Shown: in pieces, positions 25,546 through 35,790 of the stretch
Numbering within the stretch: position 1 is the first letter of the stretch
Layout of the letters: each line of letters begins with the position of its first letter
Origin: Fimbriosthenelais zetlandica
Taxonomy: Eukaryota
DNA length: 64,000 nucleotides
Direction of reading: 5' to 3'
NCBI GenBank assembly: GCA_977030845.1
Contig: OZ365116.1
Location: forward strand, 19,840,001-19,904,000
Made by a program: the position numbers and the translations under genes
The notes under the pieces: model-generated
What the model was told of the DNA's origin: nothing
Database searches by the model: none
What the model saw: the letters and a program-made list of their open reading frames with translations, nothing else

Positions 25546-28450
25546 TGAACAGTTGAAATATAATTATAATCCTTTAATTGCCCTATACCCTAAGCTTTCC
25601 ACCTGCCCTCATGCCGTCATGCCTGGCCGCGCGCGGCCGTCATGCCTGGGTGGCCCTTTAATTGGCCTAGTAATCCTTTAATTGGCCTCACTGCCATGTA
25701 TAATTCCCCTTCGTTTATAAAGCTTGGCTGGTAAAATTATGTCATAAGCCCCTGGTTGGCTGGGAATCTCTCAACTAATTGTTGAAATTGGGGATTCCGC
25801 TATTCCAACAACGGGCACTGGATGAGGCTGGTAATCATGCAATTTTTCTTATAAATTCGTTCTAAGAGTGTATTAAACTTTAGTTGTGATAATTGTGATA
25901 CATGTTATGTTTTCCTTGTAAGATTTCAATATAGCGAGAAGTTAGTGTAAAGGGGCCTTAATGTCGACCCACACACGATAAGTGAACAGAAAAAGGCAGG
26001 TTAACGTGGGTGGAGTACAGGCTATAAGAGCTGGCGGGAGAAGGACACGGACCTCTGGCAGGAGATCAAGGTTTATTGATGAGAGATTAATTAGACTGTA
26101 ATCAATAATCAGGCCACAGGTGAGCAGGAGAGCTGCTCCTCCTCTGACCCACTTCTCCAGTGACCTACAGAGCTCTAGGGTAGTTAGTCTATGTAAAGCT
26201 CACTCCCTCAGGTATCCTCCCACTCACTATCATTATGGAATGTTGATAAAAAGCAAAATAGAGCGATGCAGCCGACTTTATTCTCAGAGCATATTTCATT
26301 GCATAATTAGACCAACTCAGTGACAATGCAACAGCCGTATTCTTAGCAAAATGGAACAAATAATGACGAAGACTCTAGAGAATAACAAATTCAAAATATA
26401 AGGCTGTAGTTCAGAGTTTCTGCTTCCGATTCATGGTTTGTATTCCTTCATGCTGATTGGCCGAATTTGTACGAGCAGAAAAGAGAATACTGTGTGCTGA
26501 TTGGTCCTAATTGAGAAGGGATTTCCTGCCAGTGAGCATAACCTCTTTACAAGTGACGGGATGGTGCTGCATTACATTGTTAGTGGTTGGTAAGTGGAAC
26601 TAGTGGAAAGAAAGACAAACCAAACCAAAAACTCGAGCGGCATGAGTTGAATCCACATCACCGAAAAGCTTGATTCTTTTTGGTTGTTAAAGGCTATATC
26701 AATAAATATACAGCTTTAGCAGCACTCACATTCCTGAAATAATTCAGCCCTTCTGTATATTTTCTAAAATGATTTCACTAAAAGCCCATTGAAAATAAGG
26801 GGTATAGACTCAGATGAGAATCAGTTCATTTTTCTTCAGGAGAAAGTGGGTTAGCAAAGTCCAGAGTCATATATAGGGTAGAAGGGGCGAATTGACATTT
26901 GGCAGGATGATTGAGAGCAAAATAGGAGACAAAAGAGATTGAAAAAGACAAGATCTAGAAGCAGAGGGAGCCGGTCCACACCCCTGGTGAATCTCTGGCT
27001 GGGATCAAGCGGCGAGTCTGTAGCCAAAGTGGTCGGCGGCAGGAGGGCACTGCCCTACGGTCATTAATCTACGGGCATTCCCCGTAGAATGAGATTAAGA
27101 CCTGTAGCCGCCCCACTAACCCAGAATCACACCATCCAATAATCAATCCCCTCCCTCCCCCACATCAATTGCTCTTCCTGCTCATTTATATCTCCACATA
27201 CCAGGAGCAGCTCCTGAAACTAAGGAGCAATTGGTATTCTATAGATTTTGGGTGGTCTGCTAAAGGTCCTAAAGTAAGCAAGGGCAAGCCAATCTGTCTT
27301 GAAACATGATAGCATTCTCCAAAGTCAAGGGATCACGCATCTTTCACATATAAAGACATGTAGATCTCAGGAGCAGGCTATAGGTCATTATACCCATGTA
27401 CTGTTCAGCTCAGGTTACCAGAATTTGATCTCCAATAACAGAAGGTGGCCCTCTCATAGACAGAGCAACATATACAGCACCAGACAGCCAGGCTCACAGC
27501 ACTGCACAGTGGATGAGAGTCTCAGATATCGACGTCATCACTTCCATTTCCCTCCACATCACTCTCCATTTTTTTATGACATTTTATCTTTTGGAAAAGC
27601 TTGATTGCTGGTCATCCTGCCAGCTAGCTAGTACAGGTTCTTTAGATGGACAAGTGATCCAAGTATAGAGAGTGATTTTGTAAGAAACCCCATTCAGTAG
27701 GAAGCATGGATTCTGACATTTTAAACCAATTAAGCAAAAAACATAATATCCTCATCCCAAAACTAAAATGAAAGCTAACAGAAAATCCATTACGTTTTGA
27801 CAAATTATATTTACTACAGGCAGATTTAAAGTACATGTAATCACAAGCCTGTCATGGGAAGAACGAGCCCGCAAGGTATTTAGTCGTGTGTATATATAGT
27901 GAAAGCCATGTTAAATCGCTCTTATTGTCGGACAGGGAGAAAGATGCTCTGAGCTACTCATATGTGAGTGCTTCAGTATTAAATAGGTGAAGAGCTGCTC
28001 TTCTGAGCAATGAGTCCCTCAAGGCCCAGTGGGCTCTTACTAAGGGGATTTGAGAGGGATTTCTCCTAGTAAGAAGGATAAGAAGCTTTCCTCAATGTTT
28101 TCACATCTGGAGGGTTGGGGGAAAAGGTTAGATAGAACTCAGAAGCGATTTAAAGAAAGTTCTACTAGTGGGTGAATACTGAAAGATATTGAAAGCTCAA
28201 GAGCAGGTGGTAAAGAACAACAAACAAAGGCTGAGCAGGGGTTGGAAAACACAGAAATGTATTAGAGGAAATATCCTTGAGATATAGTATTATATTCAGG
28301 CATTCCTGCTCACGAGTTCTTGGCTATGATACATGTTTTACCCTTCCTTGATTCTCTTTTCATCCCCATCCCTGGGGTACTCCCTCTCTCTGCTCCATCA
28401 CCCTTATGTGCCCCCAACCTCCATAACTCTAACCAACTCCTGTCATCAGA

Positions 28451-28467
28451 TGACCTTCCACTGACCT
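28451..28467 (-). promoter_or_regulatory. DR5 nuclear-receptor element (RARE-like), also an 11-bp tandem duplication
   Basis: TGACCTtccacTGACCT. Nearby are TGACCT (28500) and a DR3 AGGTCAcagGGGTCA (28581-28595). Confidence 0.35.
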
Positions 28468-31289
28468 TCCACTGTCATTGGACATTGCACAGACAATCCT
28501 GACCTCCCCTACAATAAGCCCCAACTGTTTCAAGACGCGCATCAAACTATAGATTCCACCAATGGAAATCTATATCGCTCAGGTCACAGGGGTCAAGGAC
28601 GCTAATCTCTAGGGTCAGATAAAATTAGCAGAGATCAAGAATGGCAGGGCGTCTGTCCCGTCAGGGCGCCTCTAGTGACTCCTCCTGGAACTAAGGCCCC
28701 CCAGCAGAGAACCCGAGACTGGGTGACAATGCCGTGCAACAGGAGACATGAGAGACTTCCTGTCTTCAGATATGGCTCTCTGCTATAGGTGCAACATGCT
28801 AGAGATGAGGCCATGCTCCCTCCACAACAATGGGAATAACCACGAATTGTCCAAGAAGACATTACCAGGATTGTTCGGGCCCAACCTAAACCATGCAACA
28901 TGCCATCTTTTTATCCTGCATGGCAAAGTCTTCGTTAAATGCTTTTAAGGACATAGCCTGAGCAACATGATTTACAGCGTTTGAAAGCACTAAATTATTT
29001 CACTCAAACACTATATTTTCATGCATCATCCTATTTAAGGTTCAATCAAAACTCATATCATCACTTCTGTATGGTGTCCATGGCAACCATTAAGGCCTTT
29101 ATGTGTCCCACATTGAGACCAACCTTAACCCCATTACTCTTGGCTGAGAACAGGTCTCAGGGGGACTGAGTGAAACTATATTTTATGTTATTCCTGAGCG
29201 GAGGTTGAAGGGAAGGCGCTAATAACTTCATTAGGTTGACAGTGACTACATCACGCCCATTATGTATTTATCCACTTGGGTAGACTAGAGAGCAGCAAGT
29301 GGCGGAGATATAAACCTTCCGTGTACCGACATTGGCAAGTACCCTAACAGACAACAGGTGAAGGCTCTAATCAGGGCAGGGTCAGAAAAGAGGGGAAATT
29401 TGTCACAAGCAGCTAGCAGCTCATATGAAGGAATGACATTATATTAATGAACATCTTACATTTAATATGAGATGTTATCTTGAGCTTGCTGGATAACAGG
29501 TCCACATTTGTGAGAAAGCATTTTATATCTAGTAGGATAAGGCAAATGTAGACCATCCTTGTCATGAAGTAGAAACTGGGGTAAATAGGCAATATACCAA
29601 GTGTGAGTGACTCGTGTCAGTAGGCATTGTTCCCTCTTTTTTCCCTCACCATCACTCCATAATGGGCTTACATTGTTAAGCTCTTAAACCCATGATAAAT
29701 TACATGCAAGACTTAGTGACAATCCACGCGAATAAGCAAAAAAATCAACAAGTGCTGGAGTAACCACCAGTAGCATTCGATCTGCCTCTGAATAATTAAC
29801 TCTCGGGTAATGCGAGATAATGCGGTGACCTTCGAGACTTCAACAGATGAGCGTCTCCACAGCTTACGTCGTGTTTGTCATGGTCGTTTCGTCATTAGCT
29901 GACTTTCTTTTTGTCAGTAAAGTCAAGTACTCACTGATTTAGCAGGTGGAAGTGACTCAGCCGAGCTGGATTTGTCTTAGCTAGGGTACAACTTTTTATA
30001 CTCTCATTATATTGCACACACTTCGAAGTAGGGTTGATTTACTATTCCTGGTACTATTTTCATTTGTCTTTGACATGCCTCCCTCTGCCAGAAAAAAACC
30101 CACAGTACATGTCAAATTATAAATTTACACAGATCAGCGAGTAGGCATATTTGTGGAAGCTTTGTTGGGGCAGCATTATGATAATTTCACATGGAATGTA
30201 AACGCCACCGTCCGTTACAGATGAAACAACTCTGTCTCTCTATATCCCACATAAGTCAACAAAACAACCCTAGTCAATATTGGCGGACCAAGGGCAGTAA
30301 AGGAGATGTCATTGTCTGCAGGCAATGGAAGCTATTCCTCTACCGGAAGTTACTATTTCAACATCAATACGGCTTTCTACTCATGGGGTACCTTTACCAC
30401 AATATAATGGTATATCATAGGTGCTTATTGATTCCGTTTCAACCATCACATTTTAAAATCATATGGCTGGAGCACCGTTTTATTGCAGCACCCCACCATC
30501 TATGGTGATAAGCTGTGAACGGTCCGCCATGTTGAGGTAGCTTTGGCAGCCAGCCGGCCAGGTTCAGACAAATATGAAGGCCACAGCGCTGTTTGAACAT
30601 CCTCAAACAAGGATTTCAAGAGTTTGTTTTGAACCCATGTCCAAATGAAACGGCACGTGCCACTTTAGGCTAACCGATTTTTTGCACTTGGCTTTAAGCA
30701 GATTATATTATAGGCCTACCTAGGTTGGATTGAATCTTTGTTTCCCTTTGTCAAAGGTGGGTGCAAGTGTTCAGATGCTATTGAAATGATAAAGAGTCAG
30801 AATGAAAGGTTACCAACTCTATATAAATATATCACTTCAGAGGAAATGTAACCAATAGGGTTTAACACCATTGATGCTGCCTATAATTGATGGTAATATA
30901 CATAGTTACAGGGACATTGCATCATAAAGCATGTTCTCTCTACATATTCAGTTGGCAGACCATCAATGGCTGTCAATGCTGTCAATCAGCTCACACTAGT
31001 CACAGTCTGCCAACTCCATTCAATGTTTCATAATATGGAGCATCAATAGTTTCCCACCTTCTCAAGGCCAACCCCGATATACTGCTCGTCAGTACAATTT
31101 ATGCCAATACATTGATACCAGATACCATAAATGACCCTGTTAAATCTTCAATTTCAGACATAGATTTTGTTTTCATGAAAGCTGAAAACCACAGGAAGCA
31201 AGCTTCAAATATAGCACATCAATTAAGATGGAGATAAATGTTTGTTTTCTCATATCGTGTGTGTTTGTCAGCACGACCTACCAGAATCT

Positions 31290-31303
31290 CCACTAGAGGG
31301 CAG
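31290..31303 (+). promoter_or_regulatory. CTCF core motif, exact consensus match
   Basis: CCACTAGAGGGCAG fits CCASYAGRKGGCRS at all 14 positions. Confidence 0.5.
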
Positions 31304-31686
31304 CCCTGTAATAGGCAGCGCTGTGGTTCCCCACTTCCGGTTGCACTTCCCAAGTTCCCTGTTTTTCGCCCCGATCAATACCACCTGTGTGTACCGGTAG
31401 GCTGGCCGATAATAACGCCTGAGATTTGCACATTTCCTTTCACATTGTTGCTGTAACCTTTTCTTTCTGTTTTGGCAAGGAGTCATGTAGAAATATAGGG
31501 ACCCAAGATAAGGGCATCTGCCTATATAAGAAAGCACCAGAGTTTAGTGCAGAAATAGGCCCCCTGGAAGCCCCTTCAGAGGTAATTTAATGGGATAAGT
31601 TCTAAGGATATTCTATATATATCTAAGGATATTTTGATTTGAAATAGATTAGGTAAAGATAAATGAGAGTTGAATGAAGATCTCAC

Positions 31687-31770
31687 CTTGAGTTTGAACC
31701 TATCGTTGAAGATGCCATGGAGTTCCCCCATGTTATGCATCACAGGGTGCCACATCTTATAGCCAAACAT
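31687..31770 (-). CDS. Candidate alternative first coding exon of NAV: MFGYKMWHPVMHNMGELHGIFNDRFKLK
   Basis: ATG in tcATCATG context, in-frame TAG 4 codons upstream, 84 nt (phase 0), strong donor AAG|GTGAGA. Would splice in frame to exon 2. No transcript evidence. Confidence 0.35.
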
Positions 31771-34700
31771 GATGAGTAGCTAATCCTCTGAATCCACTAC
31801 AGATTATTGCATTAATTCTCACGATTATAACCTCAAGTAGTCTTTAGTCTTGTCTCATAATGTCATATAGAGAAATCCATGTTATCAACACTGATGCAGG
31901 GCCCTGAAGCATTTTAATATCTGACTAGATTTCATTCCGATTGCAGAGTGAAAAATTGATACCTGTAATTCTACACTTATTAATTAGATAATGCCATTAA
32001 ATTCATCATGTCAAGTCTGTATTTACTCCTCGTATTTTCCCTGAGCAAATGTTTGAAGTACTTTTAGTCAATTATCAATATTTCCAACTCGCCCTAAAAA
32101 GGTCTATCAACAAACTGTCCAGGACTTCTTCAAAAACAGTGACGGGAATGGCTCTATCACAGAATCTCATTAAAGCCTCGGCGTGCCAGAGAAAAATACT
32201 CATCATCTGCCTGGGAGGAGGTGGCAAGATTGAGTCAATTCTCGAGTCTGTTTATAAGCAAGTCCATGTAATCCTGAATGAATGGCAGTGTGGAGAGATA
32301 GGCGAGCAGTTGGTGAGGCTTCCAGAGTTCAGTTCCTTCCACTACACAGTCACAACTCCAGAATTTGGGAAATAATATTTGTAAATAAATGTTTCAGCAG
32401 TTCGGCAATGACTTAATCGGTGATTTGTGAAACCTCTATGGTTCTTTATAAACATAGCTGCACATCGCTTAGGCAATCACATGTAACATACAAATACACC
32501 CATGCACATGTTAACGAACCCCAGCTGTATACCGCCCAGTGAAACATTTGTTTGCACTTGGGATCAAGATGTAACCTTCAGTCCACATGGACACAGAATC
32601 AGTCATAGGGACATATTTATAAACCCATTGCTCGAGTGATTTGTAAATTATTAGGTGATGAATGTCCTGAGCTTGGATGGGATATATGGATGGGATATGG
32701 CTGGGTTCCTAACAGATTGTTGTCACCGTCTTTGACTTCAAAAGATGGCGGTGGCAATGTATTTGATTCTGCCTGCAGCTGGTTAGAAATAGCCTGAACA
32801 TTTCCAGAAGGTCCACAAGAACCTTCAACAACCTCTACGTTCCTTGGAGCTATGCTTACAATGTAGCTCTAAATATAATTTCTTTACTGGTGAAATTACT
32901 GGGGCAAGTGATGGGCATGTTATAGGTCTACCTGTCGTAACTGGTGGACCTGGGGTGGGTGGAGGAAGACAGGATCAGGAGAAGCAGGGGGAGATTATGA
33001 ATATGCTGGTTATGGATACAGCATGCACACCTGCTTGTATTTACAGCCTGTCTTACAGACAGGTGCCTCCACTAACGAGAACAGACGTTCACGCACGTGG
33101 GAAGCAATGCAGATGATGCCCCTTATGTCAGCAAGCATGTACGTTACTCTCTTTTTCTGGATTCTGGTTTAAGAGAGGAGGGTTGGATCTTTTACAGTAG
33201 CGAGCTGGAGATTTGAAGTTTCACAAGAAGATACGGAGCTAGTTACTCAGATGCTGAAATAGGTATAGGAAAAATTCAGCATGTTTACATTCGTTGTGTT
33301 TCCAACATGAAAAGCCATTTGGCAAGAAAGGTCGATGGCTGTTTCCATTCCTATACTTGTTAGGTCTCCATTACAGAAAGATGGCTTGGATGTCAGTGTG
33401 GAATTTCGAAAGATCTTCTGTAAAGGGAAGGATCTCTTACATCATGGGTAGAATTCATATGGAAGGGAGCAGCTGGAGGTTGATGCTGAGAAAAATTGAG
33501 AGGAGAGTGTTCAGTAAAGCATAGGAAATCTAAGTGACCGATGATATCTAAAGCTCATTTATCATAGAGCCTGACTGAAATATGCTCGATTATCAATACA
33601 CTCTCTACTCTAAGCACTCATGTATGCCAGCTACCCGTGGATGCTCCATACTGGATCAATTTGAAGTGTTGAAAATTAATTTGAACACCCTTCAGAACAA
33701 TCCATTTAGTCGTAAGATGGTCGGTGAATATTTCCAGCTCCCGAATCAATAATTCCCATATGAAGGGCATGAATGATATGCATGACATGCTAAAAATATA
33801 TATCCATCATTAACAGCTCACACATGAGCTGGCTCGTTGTTAATTACCATGGCAACAGATCCATGGATAGAGAGAACACAGCTGTCATACAAGGTGAGTT
33901 AATCCACTCAGGCAGTGACAGATCATATAGATATATTGCTTCATGCAAATCCAATACAATTGTAAAACCCTCTTAAACACCGATTCCTTGCATAATCAGA
34001 AGCATTCCTAGTCCATATTCATAATGCTTTTTAATCCAGGCTATGTTAGGGATTAGAAACTATCTTTTTCATTTTATCCAGCTCTGTTAATCTCCTCCAG
34101 GCACAGCACAATCACATATATGAAAGCGATAGAGAAGCTTCTTGTTTTTCCAGTCTCAAGGGAAGCATGAGACTCTCACGCTATACAAATATATAGACAG
34201 ATAGTCACTGTACTGTCCTTTTACTGAAGGCAAAGCTGGAGCAATTGCTGAAGAGATTGGTGGATGAGCTGGCTTGCTGCACTGTTGGCTGTGTAATGCT
34301 TAGCAGGCTCACAGGTGCTGGGGAGTAGTAGTAGTAGGGAGTCTGTGTAGGGAGGGTGGGGAGAGATGTGGGTGGAGGAGGAGAGAGGAGGGGTGAGGTG
34401 GGGAGAGGGGCCCGGCTTGTATAGGATGGGTACATGCTGATGTTACAGCACCAGTGCACAACGCCCTACTGTTAAAGTAGCGAGGAAAAGTGTTGCGCCT
34501 ATGGTGGCTCTGCCTCTCTCCACTCTGCTTCGTCTACATTTAATTCAACACATCCCTGTCACATTTAAAACCATCCCTGATCCAGTACCTGTCAACTAGT
34601 GGCTATTTATAAACCATCACTGCCACCTTTTATATAGGCCCGTATTCATACTCACATGTCCATAGATTAATGTAACATAAGAACATATATGACAGCCCGA

Positions 34701-35715
34701 TACATGTAGGGAAAACACGCCAGGATATTAAGGTACATGGGCAATGAAAGACAGGAAGTGTCCTACCCAATACGATATGTTTACTGGCAAAATGAAGTAC
34801 AGATCTTGTAAATGTTAAAATGGATATTTAACATGCATTTGTATAAAAGCACATTCATAAGCAGTTATCCTATTCTTACAGGCTTCTCTCCAGGGTGTGT
34901 TTTTGGGTTGATTTTTCTCTTTGTGTAGACTAAGGGCAGGAGATGAGGTATTTATGCCAGCAGTCTAAATATCACGAGCTCAGTCCATTACAGCCCCGTG
35001 TTCTGATTTAATAATCCCTCCATGACACCTGACAATGGGATGGTGCTGGATATTGCCCAAACTTGTCATTACATTGTTGTCAATTATTCTTTATTGTCCC
35101 ATCAATTCAGGGCATTATGATAACTCCTCCAAGTCTTCAATGAAGTGCATATGGATGCATGCATAATTAATGAACCTGACCTTACATAAACTGCTGCCCC
35201 GACACGGGCCAATCAAATACCACAGAGGCACCCTAATGAATATTTATGAGTTGGCACCAAAGATCAGGTAATAGCAGGGTATTTGGTTTCATGAAATTAA
35301 TCAGTTGTATACCTGTATTTCCATGAAATTATCGTGTTGACAATAACTCGGTGATTTCAATTTGTTGAATCATTTCTAAAGATAAATCCCTCTGGCATTG
35401 TGAGGAGCATTGTTACAGAAATGGAGCTCAAGCAAGCAAATTGCAAATCCATGCAAAATTGAAGCCTGAGTTATAATTGCACACTGCATAAAAATATACC
35501 AATTCTGATATGAATTCAACAGGGACCTCTGCAAGTGGCATTGAATGGCAATACCCAGAATCTGGCAAACTACCAGCATCCACCTAGTGGCATTTACAGG
35601 AACCACTCATGAGCAACTCACTACGAGCTGATGAGCTGCTCACCGCCCAACGGTGCAGACACCTGGTGTTAAAATGACTAACCCTACTTAATCTAGGCTT
35701 TATCCTACAGCGTTT

Positions 35716-35790
35716 ACTCACCAACTTAGATGATTGTTAATAAAGGAATACGTACCTGAAAAAACAAACAAATAGATTCATTAGTTAATG
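35716..35790 (-). other. Candidate recursive splice site / 34-nt RS (poison) exon, 35755-35722
   Basis: Minus strand reads ttaactaat (branch-like) gaatctatttgtttgttttttcag|GTACGTattcctttattaacaatcatctaagttg|GTGAGT. Confidence 0.5.

Noticed and set aside
22067-30202. miR-34-like (22067-22077) and miR-1-like (30192-30202) 5' ends
   Set aside because: Only 11 nt match, the rest of the mature sequences do not, and I see no hairpin.
34205-34459. Pro/Ser/Thr-rich minus-strand ORF as another first exon
   Set aside because: It arises from a purine-rich low-complexity tract and has no good donor before its stop.
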